Assembly: GCA_041737125.1 (NCBI GenBank)
Contig: JBGSSJ010000011.1
Coordinates: 33,568 to 97,567, forward strand
Origin: Minisyncoccia bacterium
GTDB taxonomy: Bacteria; Patescibacteriota; Minisyncoccia; Phycocordibacterales; UBA9973
DNA: 64,000 bases
Direction of reading: 5' to 3'
Shown: piece by piece, positions 47,511 through 55,971 of the stretch
Numbering within the stretch: position 1 is the first letter of the stretch
Layout of the letters: each line of letters opens with the position of its first letter
The notes under the pieces: model-generated
What the model was told of the DNA's origin: nothing
The model's input: only the letters and a program-made list of their open reading frames with translations
Database searches by the model: none
Program-made: the position numbers and the translations under genes

Positions 47511-47625
47511 AGCAAAGTCAGAATAATTTTACCAGAGGGGCTGGTGAGGCTCGACGGAGCGAACAATGAGGAAATTTCTCCCAAGAAATTTCCGGACCCT
47601 CTGGGAAAGTTATTTTGACTTTGCT
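47511..47625. repeat. Multi-hairpin palindromic element (copy D) between purC and purB, overlapping the purC 3' end
   Basis: ~29-bp outer stem AGCAAAGTCAGAATAATTTTACCAGAGGG / CCCTCTGGGAAAGTTATTTTGACTTTGCT; inner GCTC-GACG-GAGC and GGAAATTTCT-CCCA-AGAAATTTCC. Confidence 0.85.
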
Positions 47626-48581
47626 ACACTTTTCAAATTATTAATAATCCTATCAATTATCGGCAGGCTGAAATCATGATCGAATGCCTTGCCGGTAATC
47701 GTCTCATATATCTCTATATACCTGCGAGAAAGCTCGGCGACAAGTGCCGGTGGTGCCTCGGGCAGTACTTCATCTTTATACGGATCACAATTGTCTTTGA
47801 ACCACAGACGGAGGAACTCTTTATCAAAATACTCTGGCTCCTGCCCCATACTTAATCTATCATTATATGTGTCTTTCTTCCAATACCGAGATGAGTCGGG
47901 TGTATGTATCTCATCTATAAGGGTCAGCTTGCCTTCACTATCAAGACCAAATTCATACTTCGTATCTACAAGTATAAGTCCACTACGCTCTGCTATCTCT
48001 TGCCCTCGAGCAAATAGTGCCTTTGATACACGCTCTACTTCATCTGTCATCTCCTGTGTGAGTAATCCTTCCGCTACAATTTCTGCCGGACTAATAGGCC
48101 TGTCATGCTCATCGGACTTCGTTGTCGGAGTGAATACTGCTTCAGGTAACTTTTGATTCTTATCCAAACCATCTTCAAGCACAAAATTTCCGAAATCACG
48201 CTTGCCATCTTTATAAGCAGTCCAAAGTGAAGTACCTGTGACTCCAGTAATATATCCACGCATAACACACTCTATCGGTAGTGGTGTACACTTCTGTGCT
48301 ACCAAAACATTCGGGTCGGGCGCACTTATAACATGGTTCTTTATTATATCTTTCGTATTCTCGAACCAGAATAAGCTAATCTGATTAAGCACTTCACCTT
48401 TGAATGGTATATGAGCAATAATCCGATCGAAAGATGAGTGCCTGTCTGTAGCAACCAGCTTAATAGTCTCCTCTCCAATATAAATATCACGAACTTTCCC
48501 CACCTTCTTAACTCCTAATCCTTCTAAATTAGTTTCTTTGATTACGTCGTTTATATGTTCTTGTATTTTTTCGATATTCAT
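47610..48581 (-). CDS. purC: SAICAR synthetase
   Basis: GKVRDIY, TDRHSSFD, RGYITG, TPTTK, DTKYEFG, DEIHTPDSSRYW, DKEFLR. Confidence 0.97.
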   Translation of the reverse strand: MNIEKIQEHINDVIKETNLEGLGVKKVGKVRDIYIGEETIKLVATDRHSSFDRIIAHIPFKGEVLNQISLFWFENTKDIIKNHVISAPDPNVLVAQKCTPLPIECVMRGYITGVTGTSLWTAYKDGKRDFGNFVLEDGLDKNQKLPEAVFTPTTKSDEHDRPISPAEIVAEGLLTQEMTDEVERVSKALFARGQEIAERSGLILVDTKYEFGLDSEGKLTLIDEIHTPDSSRYWKKDTYNDRLSMGQEPEYFDKEFLRLWFKDNCDPYKDEVLPEAPPALVAELSRRYIEIYETITGKAFDHDFSLPIIDRIINNLKSVAKSK

Positions 48582-48585
48582 TATT

Positions 48586-49626
48586 TTATTTAAATACTAC
48601 CTTCTTGTCGCCTTTGATAATCTTCCCTATTTCAAAAATTTTAAATTGTGGGTAATCTTTTAAGATATTCTCAATCTTTTCTTTTTCCTTTTGTGGAACT
48701 ATCAGAACAAGTCCGATACTCATATTGAATACTCTATACATTTCTTCCTCTGGCACCTCACCCACTTTCTGTAAGTATGAAAATAGAGGAAGCATAGGCC
48801 AAGTACCTTTCGCAATCTCTGCATCAAGAGCCTCGGGCAATACTCGCGGAATGTTCTCAATGAATCCCCCACCTGTTATGTGAGCTATGCCTCGGATATC
48901 TATACCACGATCAAGCATCGAAAGCACAGGCACAGAGTAATTCACATGTACTTGTAGCAATGCTTCACCTACACTCATGCCAAGCTCAGGAACATTGTCC
49001 TCCACTTTATGACCTGCAATATTAAAAAGTATTTTACGTGCAAGGGAAAAGCCATTCGTATGTAGACCACTCGAAGGAAATCCGAGTATGATGTCGCCTT
49101 CTTGTATTCTATCCCCTGTTATAATTTTATCTTTTTCTACTACTCCAGTAATGCACCCGGCTATATCGTGCTCGCCACTTGTATACACTCCTGGCATCTC
49201 TGCAGTCTCGCCACCGATGAGGGACACTCCGTTCTCCCTGCAAGCTTTCGCCATACCTCCCACCATTGCTTCCATCACAATAGGATCGAGCTTATCATGC
49301 GCTACATAGTCAAGGAATGTAAGTGATCGCGCACCCATAGCAAGCAGATCATCACAGCAGTGATTCACTATATCCTCTCCGACTGTATCGTATTTATTCA
49401 TCATCCGAGCGACAGAGAGCTTCGTCCCTACACCATCGATACTCTGCACGAGGACTGGGTGATTGTAAGATTTCAAAACCTCCCCTATATCATAGAGCCC
49501 ACCGAAGCTACCGATACCAGTAAGCACTGCGCTTGTGTGAGTAGAAGCGACGTCTTTTTTTATACGAGAAACTGCTTCATTCCCCGCATCTATATTTACT
49601 CCTGATTGTGTGTATAAGTCTGACAT
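48586..49626 (-). CDS. purM: AIR synthetase
   Basis: Y..SGVNI, DGVGTK, GGETAEMPG, SSGLHTNGFSL, HITGGG. Confidence 0.97.
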   Translation of the reverse strand: MSDLYTQSGVNIDAGNEAVSRIKKDVASTHTSAVLTGIGSFGGLYDIGEVLKSYNHPVLVQSIDGVGTKLSVARMMNKYDTVGEDIVNHCCDDLLAMGARSLTFLDYVAHDKLDPIVMEAMVGGMAKACRENGVSLIGGETAEMPGVYTSGEHDIAGCITGVVEKDKIITGDRIQEGDIILGFPSSGLHTNGFSLARKILFNIAGHKVEDNVPELGMSVGEALLQVHVNYSVPVLSMLDRGIDIRGIAHITGGGFIENIPRVLPEALDAEIAKGTWPMLPLFSYLQKVGEVPEEEMYRVFNMSIGLVLIVPQKEKEKIENILKDYPQFKIFEIGKIIKGDKKVVFK

Positions 49627-49627
49627 G

Positions 49628-50140
49628 TTATATCGAATATTTCTTATATCCGACTTTTTGTAATTTCTTCGCTTTGCCTTTCACTTCTACATTCATCTTC
49701 TTCTTATAATCTACCATCTTCTTCTGTAATTTCTTATCTGTAAGTCCTAGTATCTGTATTGCAAGTAATCCTGCATTCTTCGCTCCATTTACTGCAACAG
49801 TAGCTACGGGTACACCAGGCGGCATTTGTGCAATAGACAAAAGTGAATCAAGTCCGTCCATCGTCTTCGTCTTTACAGGAACACCTATCACAGGGAGCAC
49901 AGTCATGGACGCAGTGATTCCCGGCAAATGTGCTGCACCTCCAGCACCTGCAATAATAACTTTCAATCCTTTGGTGATGGCTTTTTTTGAATATTCAAAT
50001 AGCACATCAGGTGTGCGATGCGCTGATACGATAGTCATCTCATAAGCCACATTAAAATCATCAAGAATACTTGCAGCATCTTGCATAACCGCAAGATCTG
50101 AATCCGAACCCATTATTATTCCTACTTTTATTTTTTTCAT
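49628..50140 (-). CDS. purE: N5-CAIR mutase
   Basis: [33 protein letters not shown]. Start reassigned to MKKIKV at 50140. Confidence 0.97.
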   Translation of the reverse strand: MKKIKVGIIMGSDSDLAVMQDAASILDDFNVAYEMTIVSAHRTPDVLFEYSKKAITKGLKVIIAGAGGAAHLPGITASMTVLPVIGVPVKTKTMDGLDSLLSIAQMPPGVPVATVAVNGAKNAGLLAIQILGLTDKKLQKKMVDYKKKMNVEVKGKAKKLQKVGYKKYSI

Positions 50141-50151
50141 ATTATTTTTAC

Positions 50152-50296
50152 TGAAACAAAATAGTCTTTGAGAAATGTCTTGCACAGGAGCTTAGAAAAT
50201 AAATGAGTGTAACGATTATTATTTTCTTGAGCGACGAGCAGAGAAAATTTGAAGCTTCAAATTATTCGTGCATTTCGAGAAGACTATTTTGTGAAA
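50152..50296. repeat. Multi-hairpin palindromic element (copy B) between purK and purE
   Basis: Outer stem ACAAAATAGTCTT/AAGACTATTTTGT, GAAATG/CATTTC; core CTTGCACAG...CGAGCAGAG-AATTTGAAGCTTCAAATT-ATTCGTG. Confidence 0.85.
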
Positions 50297-50299
50297 GTT

Positions 50300-51427
50300 C
50301 TAAATCTCTATACTCTTCCTTACTTCTAAAGCTTTCTCTTCTGCCTCTTCTAGGCTATCTGCAAGCGCTGTTATATGCCCCATTTTGCGTTCCTGGCGTG
50401 TATCCATTTTACCATATATATGGACTGACAGAGAAGGTTCGCCATCATACGTATAATTCCCATCAAATAAAGCTTCACCCTCACGACCACCCAAGATATT
50501 CACCATCACTGCATGATGAGCAAGAGGCAAAGGATCCACAAGTGGCATGCCAGTGATAGCTCGTATGTGAGCTTCAAACTGAGACATGGAAAACGCTTCT
50601 ATGGTGTGGTGACCCGAGTTGTGCACTCGCGGAGCTATCTCATTCACTAGCACTTCCCCATCTTCAGTTAAGAACATTTCAACTGCATACACTCCGACAC
50701 CACCAAGTACAGACAAAACACGTTCTGCAATAGTTTTGGCTTTATTTATAACTTCATGTGGCACTGGTGCAGGCGAGCGCACAATGTGGCAAATATTATT
50801 CTTGTGCACTGTCTCCACCACCGGGAAAGAAATAATCTCCCCGTCCACACCGCGCGCAGAAACTACTGCAAGCTCTTTCGTAAATGGCACGAACTTCTCG
50901 GCATAAAGAGTACTTTTTGAAAGTTCCTTAAATGCATCTTCTATATCATCTTTACTTTTTATAACTCTATTCCCTCGCCCATCATATGCATCAAAGCGAG
51001 CTTTCAGTAAGTATGGATAGCCGAAAATCTCGCCTTGCTTGTAGCAATCATCTACACTATCTATGAGAGCGAAGTCCGCGACTGGTATGTCGTGCTCACG
51101 GAGGAATACTTTCTGTTCAAATTTATCTTTAATAATTTTAAGTACGTTCGGTTCTGGGTTCACGGATACACCCCGCACTACTAGCTCCTCTAGTGCTTCA
51201 GCATTGGCGGACTCTATCTCGAAAGTTATGAAGTCGGACACTTCAGCAAGCTTGAAAATACTTTCTTTGTCTTTGAAGCTTCCGACTATTTGTGCATCTG
51301 ATACCTGTCCTGCAGGCGATCCCGCTTGTGGGTCGAGCACAGTCACATAGAAACCCAACTTGTGAGCTGCTTGTGCGAGCATACGGCCTAGCTGTCCCCC
51401 ACCGACAATTCCAATTCTTTGCTTCAT
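50300..51427 (-). CDS. purK: N5-CAIR synthetase
   Basis: IVGGGQLGRM, TFEIE, YDGRG, NEIAPRVHNSGH, YGK...RKMGH. Confidence 0.97.
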   Translation of the reverse strand: MKQRIGIVGGGQLGRMLAQAAHKLGFYVTVLDPQAGSPAGQVSDAQIVGSFKDKESIFKLAEVSDFITFEIESANAEALEELVVRGVSVNPEPNVLKIIKDKFEQKVFLREHDIPVADFALIDSVDDCYKQGEIFGYPYLLKARFDAYDGRGNRVIKSKDDIEDAFKELSKSTLYAEKFVPFTKELAVVSARGVDGEIISFPVVETVHKNNICHIVRSPAPVPHEVINKAKTIAERVLSVLGGVGVYAVEMFLTEDGEVLVNEIAPRVHNSGHHTIEAFSMSQFEAHIRAITGMPLVDPLPLAHHAVMVNILGGREGEALFDGNYTYDGEPSLSVHIYGKMDTRQERKMGHITALADSLEEAEEKALEVRKSIEI

Positions 51428-51453
51428 ATTCTAACTTTAACATCGTTTGGGCA

Positions 51454-51480
51454 ATAAAAAAAGGCCGGAGGCCTTTGTTT
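51454..51480. terminator. Hairpin AAAGGCC-GGA-GGCCTTT with A and T flanks
   Basis: Inverted repeat followed by a T-run on the minus strand, just upstream of purK. Confidence 0.5.
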
Positions 51481-51492
51481 AGGGTTTTATTT

Positions 51493-51714
51493 TTAGTGTC
51501 CATCCTGAAAGTGGAGATCGTCGTCTATTAAACGAAAATCATTCTCGGGTTGATAAATCTTTTTCTTAGATACCTTTTCAGACTCCAAAAAACCTGATCC
51601 ATCCGACACTCCACCTACAAAGTAGGAGGTTAAGGAAGTTTCCAAAAAATCATTTAACCTTTGACTCTTCCCTTCTCGATCAAAAGCTATTATTTGCTCA
51701 TTAGTCATAGCCAA
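51493..51714 (-). CDS. Small hypothetical protein inside the pur cluster
   Basis: 73-aa ORF co-oriented between purD and purK; no recognisable motif. Confidence 0.4.
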   Translation of the reverse strand: MAMTNEQIIAFDREGKSQRLNDFLETSLTSYFVGGVSDGSGFLESEKVSKKKIYQPENDFRLIDDDLHFQDGH

Positions 51715-51771
51715 ACAATTTAAATTCTTGAAAAATGAAGATACAATTAATTTAAGCCTACAATAAAAATA

Positions 51772-53061
51772 CTACTTTAGCAATAGTGCTTTTTTGCCTA
51801 TGTCTCTCCTGTATTGCATACCTTCAAAATGGATTTTATTTACAGCATTATATGCAGTCTGAAGAGCTTCCTCCAAAGTATTCCCCACAGCGCTTACTCC
51901 CAATACTCGCCCACCATTTGTGACCAAATTCCCGTCTTTCATGGTTGTCCCCGCATGGAATACTATGACATGTGGATCTTGCTCCGCATCTGCTATGCCA
52001 CTTATAACTTTACCTTTCGTATAGTCACCTGGGTACCCACCGGACGCAAGGACGATAGTGCAGGCGTAGCAATCTTTCCATTTAATTTCGAGTTGTGAGA
52101 GCTTGCCTTCTATGCAAGCGAGGAATATGTCAACAATGTCACTTTCAAGAAATCGCATATATGTCTGTGTCTCTGGGTCGCCAAAGCGCGCATTATACTC
52201 TAGAATTTTCGGACCATTCTCTGTAAGCATGAGTCCAGGATAAAGCACACCTGAGAATGGCACACTCTCGTGCGTCATCGATACTAGAGTAGGAGCCACT
52301 ATCGTCTCTTCGATCTTCTGTATCAGACCATGAGATACAAATGGAAGCGGGGCAATAGTTCCCATGCCACCTGTGTTCGGACCCTTGTCGCCTTCACCCA
52401 CTCTCTTATGATCCTGAGAAGTCGGGAAAAGAGAATGATTCTTACCATCTGAGAAAGCATGTATAGATATCTCAGGGCCCGTCATGAAGTCTTCGACGAC
52501 AATCTCTCGCCCTGATTCACCGAATATATTACGAACGAGAATATCCTCGGCAGCAGCGCGTGCCTCAGGATACGTCATGCATATGAAGACTCCTTTACCG
52601 AGAGCAAGGCCACTTACTTTGACTACTTGAGGTCTGTCTTGCGCTGCTAGGTATGCGTCTGCTTCAGCGAAATCAGTGAAAACTTTGAACTGTGCTGTGG
52701 GAAGATTGTTGCGGTCCATGAACTTCTTCGCAAATGCTTTCGAAGATTCAAGCTGAGCGGCTTCTTTTGTAGGGCCGAAAATTTTCAGTTCATTTGCTTG
52801 GAATAAATCCACAATACCGAGAGCAAGCGGATCATCGGGCAGTGCAAGAGTCAGGTCAATATTCTCGTTCAAAGCGAATTCTAGGAGCGCATGTATATCT
52901 GTGGCTTTGATTTCAATATTGGTGCCAAGCATCGCTGTACCAGCGTTCCCTGGTGCGAAGAACAGCTCCCCACATTTCGGTGATTGCGCAACCTTCCATC
53001 CTATTGCATGTTCCCTACCACCCGAACCTATTATTAAAATTTTGTATTTTTCATTAGGCAT
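51772..53061 (-). CDS. purD: Phosphoribosylamine--glycine ligase
   Basis: IIGSGGREHA, PGNAG, GLALGKGV, QDHKR, GPNTGGMG, EYNARFGDPE, TNGGRVL. Confidence 0.97.
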   Translation of the reverse strand: MPNEKYKILIIGSGGREHAIGWKVAQSPKCGELFFAPGNAGTAMLGTNIEIKATDIHALLEFALNENIDLTLALPDDPLALGIVDLFQANELKIFGPTKEAAQLESSKAFAKKFMDRNNLPTAQFKVFTDFAEADAYLAAQDRPQVVKVSGLALGKGVFICMTYPEARAAAEDILVRNIFGESGREIVVEDFMTGPEISIHAFSDGKNHSLFPTSQDHKRVGEGDKGPNTGGMGTIAPLPFVSHGLIQKIEETIVAPTLVSMTHESVPFSGVLYPGLMLTENGPKILEYNARFGDPETQTYMRFLESDIVDIFLACIEGKLSQLEIKWKDCYACTIVLASGGYPGDYTKGKVISGIADAEQDPHVIVFHAGTTMKDGNLVTNGGRVLGVSAVGNTLEEALQTAYNAVNKIHFEGMQYRRDIGKKALLLK

Positions 53062-53656
53062 TTTTAGATAATTTACTTAATACTTCTATATAAAGTTCGT
53101 TTTCTTTTTTCTTTAATCTACTGTAGAGCGATTCTACATCCTCATTATCTTCCACCTTCTCATATGTGCGACCAAGTACTGGGCCGAAGTCGAAGTTCAA
53201 AGTTAGAAAGTGAATAGATGAACCAGCATACGTACACTTGTGATCGAGGAAATTCTGTATCGCTTTCGTAGTGAGCATTCCTTTGTTCCAGAGCCCCTCT
53301 GTGCCATCTGGGTTCAAAGCTTGCCCATCTACTGTATCTGGAATAAGCCCCGGATGCAAATTTAGAATCCTATTCGGATACGCAAGTATAACTTCATCAA
53401 GTATTATCTGCTTCCAGCCAGCAAGGCATATATAGTCAGGATTTAATTCTTGGAGAAGTGAAAGGAGTTCTTCTTTCTTCGGGCATATTTTAATATCTAA
53501 ATTATTCTTCCTTGCACGCTCGAGTCCAAGAGCACTTGTATCATCCGAGACCACAGCACTAATAGTAGCATTTATCTGCCCCCCATTCACACCATCAATA
53601 ATTGCTTGTAGATTGGTGCCCGTACCAGTATTGGAAATAAGTACAACAATTTTCAT
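53054..53656 (-). CDS. purN: Phosphoribosylglycinamide formyltransferase
   Basis: LIS..GTNLQAII, LAGW, LNLHP, G.SIH...D.GP; overlaps the purD start. Confidence 0.9.
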   Translation of the reverse strand: MKIVVLISNTGTGTNLQAIIDGVNGGQINATISAVVSDDTSALGLERARKNNLDIKICPKKEELLSLLQELNPDYICLAGWKQIILDEVILAYPNRILNLHPGLIPDTVDGQALNPDGTEGLWNKGMLTTKAIQNFLDHKCTYAGSSIHFLTLNFDFGPVLGRTYEKVEDNEDVESLYSRLKKKENELYIEVLSKLSKNA

Positions 53657-53666
53657 AATTTAATAA

Positions 53667-53776
53667 TGAAGTAAAAATAGTCTCTGAGAAAAGACTTGCG
53701 CAGGCGGGTAGCCGAGCAGAGCAAATTCCGAGCACGGAATTATGTGTACTTTTCGAAGAGAGTTATTTTTACGAAG
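53667..53776. repeat. Multi-hairpin palindromic element (copy A) between purF and purN
   Basis: Outer stem GTAAAAATA..TCTCT / AGAGA..TATTTTTAC, GAAAAG/CTTTTC; core CTTGCGCAG...CGAGCAGAG-AATTCCG(AGCA)CGGAATT-ATGTGT. Confidence 0.85.
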
Positions 53777-53790
53777 TTTATTCATATTAT

Positions 53791-55182
53791 TTATTCTTTC
53801 GGTACATCTCTAGTAAACTCATTCACACGTTCGAATAAATCTATCGGGTACTCTCCGGTAAATGCAGATAGAGAGAATCGTTCTTTCGGTAAGCCTGTCG
53901 CCTTCACCATGCCGTCCACCGATAAGAATGAAAGTGATGTCGCTCCAAGATACTCACAAATTTCTTGGACAGTTTTCTGTGAACCTATAAGGTCAACTTG
54001 CTTCGGAGTATCAATACCATAAAAGTCCGGGAACTTCACAGGGGGTGAAGCCACAAGGAAATGCACTTCCGTGGCTCCCGCTTCGAAAAGCATTTTCACT
54101 ATTTGCCTACTAGTTGTACCGCGTACTATCGAGTCATCCATCACACCGACGCGCTTACCAGTGATAACTTCAGTAAGTGGCAGGAGCTTCATCTTCACTT
54201 TCTTATCCCTATCGTCTTGAAGAGGTTCTATGAATGTGCGATGTATGTATCTATTCTTCACTAATGCCATTTCGAAAGGTATACCTGTGGCTTGTGAGTA
54301 ACCAATAGCTGAAGGGACTGACGTCTCGGGTACAGGGATAATAATGTCTACTTCTTTCGGATACTCTTCCGCTAAGATTGCGCCGAAGTTCTTGCGAACT
54401 TCATATACTGACTTACCAAGCATATTACTATCTGGCCTCGCAAAGTACACGAATTCAAATATATCAAACTTGTGTTCCCTATTCTCTAAAATTTTACTTT
54501 CTACTCCGTCTTTCGTGACTATCACTAGTTCGCCGGGTTCTACTTCGCGTACAAATTCTGCGCCGACAGTAGTAAGAGCACATGTCTCTGAAGCGAAGAA
54601 TATCTTATCTTTCCGTTTACCCATTACAAGTGGTCGCATACCAGAAGAATCACGGAAAGCAACGAGGCAGTCAGTAGATAATGATACACATGAGAATGCT
54701 CCAGTGAAAAGTGGGTAGACTTTCTCGATAGCTTGAGCTAAAGTTACACCTTCTTTCATACACTTACCTATTGCATGAGCCATAAGTACGGAGTCCGACA
54801 TGTCATGAAGTGGTAGACCGCTATCCTTTAAAAATTCCATCAAAGCATCCACACTAGGGAGATTACCGTTATGGGCAAATGCAATATTATCCACAACAAC
54901 AGGTTGAGCGTGCTCTGCTCCACCACCACGTGATGTCGAATAACGGTTGTGGCCAATAGCACCAAATCCTGGCAACCCTTGTAATATCTCTTCTGTGTAT
55001 ACCTGACTAACTAAGCCATGAGCTTTATAAGAGAAAATTTCTTTGCCGTCAGTAGATGCAATACCTGAATACTCTTGACCTCTATGTTGTAGAGCAAACA
55101 ATCCGAAATAAGTTTGCCTTGAAGCAATCTCTGTATCACCAAAAACTCCAAACACCGCACATTTCTCATTGAGTTTATCCAT
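53791..55182 (-). CDS. purF: Amidophosphoribosyltransferase
   Basis: Short propeptide then CAVFG; QHRGQE, GHNRYST, HNGN, FEFVYFARPDS, DDSIVRGTT, YGIDTP. Confidence 0.97.
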   Translation of the reverse strand: MDKLNEKCAVFGVFGDTEIASRQTYFGLFALQHRGQEYSGIASTDGKEIFSYKAHGLVSQVYTEEILQGLPGFGAIGHNRYSTSRGGGAEHAQPVVVDNIAFAHNGNLPSVDALMEFLKDSGLPLHDMSDSVLMAHAIGKCMKEGVTLAQAIEKVYPLFTGAFSCVSLSTDCLVAFRDSSGMRPLVMGKRKDKIFFASETCALTTVGAEFVREVEPGELVIVTKDGVESKILENREHKFDIFEFVYFARPDSNMLGKSVYEVRKNFGAILAEEYPKEVDIIIPVPETSVPSAIGYSQATGIPFEMALVKNRYIHRTFIEPLQDDRDKKVKMKLLPLTEVITGKRVGVMDDSIVRGTTSRQIVKMLFEAGATEVHFLVASPPVKFPDFYGIDTPKQVDLIGSQKTVQEICEYLGATSLSFLSVDGMVKATGLPKERFSLSAFTGEYPIDLFERVNEFTRDVPKE

Positions 55183-55185
55183 AGA

Positions 55186-55971
55186 CTATTTAAAATAATT
55201 AATTGCGTTCTTGAATAATATAATACCCTCACCATCTGTTGGAATTTGTTTTATTTTGCCACTCTTTCTTTTCAAAATCTCTTTCTGTAGCTGGAAGTCT
55301 GGCCTGTGATGTGAGAACATTGCACGCTCTGGATGTGGCATCATACCCAAGACTCTACCATCATAACCAAGCACTCCAGCGATATCATACATGGCACCGT
55401 TCGGATTGTCTTTCAAATTCTGGAATTTACATAATGTACCTTTTGTATATTGGAATGCGACTTGTCTCTTTTTCTTCATGTCTTTATATTCGCCCTCATC
55501 TATAACATAGCGGCCTTCGCCATGAGCAATAGGTAGTGATATTGTTTTCATCTTGCCTAGCCATGGACTATGACCCACTACTTTCAAATCCACCCACCTA
55601 TCTATATACTGGCCACTACTATTATGCATAAGTCCTCCAGGAAGTAGACCTAGGTTTGTAATAATCTGAAAACCATTACATATGCCTATAGTAAGTGTGT
55701 CCCTATTTACGAAGTCTTGTAATTCTTGGGCCAAATGATTCTTAAATTTATTGGCATACGCTTTGCCACTGCCTGTATCGTCACCATAAGAGAATCCTCC
55801 AGGGAATACTAGTACGTCATAAGTAGATAAAAGTTTCGGACTTTTTATTAAGTCATTAATATGAACAATGTCAGCCTTACCACCAGCATTATTAAAAGCA
55901 AACTGTGTTTCCTCTTCGCAGTTGAGTCCGTAGCCTGACATTATTATAATTTTCGGTATTTTCTTTTTCAT
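55186..55971 (-). CDS. purQ: FGAM synthase glutaminase subunit
   Basis: G.NCEEE, PGGFSYGD, GICNGFQ, AHGEG, NPNG, GMMPHPER. Confidence 0.96.
   Translation of the reverse strand: MKKKIPKIIIMSGYGLNCEEETQFAFNNAGGKADIVHINDLIKSPKLLSTYDVLVFPGGFSYGDDTGSGKAYANKFKNHLAQELQDFVNRDTLTIGICNGFQIITNLGLLPGGLMHNSSGQYIDRWVDLKVVGHSPWLGKMKTISLPIAHGEGRYVIDEGEYKDMKKKRQVAFQYTKGTLCKFQNLKDNPNGAMYDIAGVLGYDGRVLGMMPHPERAMFSHHRPDFQLQKEILKRKSGKIKQIPTDGEGIILFKNAINYFK

Noticed and set aside
50141-50556. Extended purE N-terminus (50185 start) and plus-strand ORFs 50203..50556 and 53696..54022
   Set aside because: They read through palindromic elements or lie antisense to pur genes; homology to PurE begins at MKKIKV.
53667-53776. 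Purine or ZTP riboswitch in pur intergenic regions
   Set aside because: No match to those consensus cores by eye, and the same core occurs inside pheT, arguing for a dispersed repeat; an Rfam scan would settle it.
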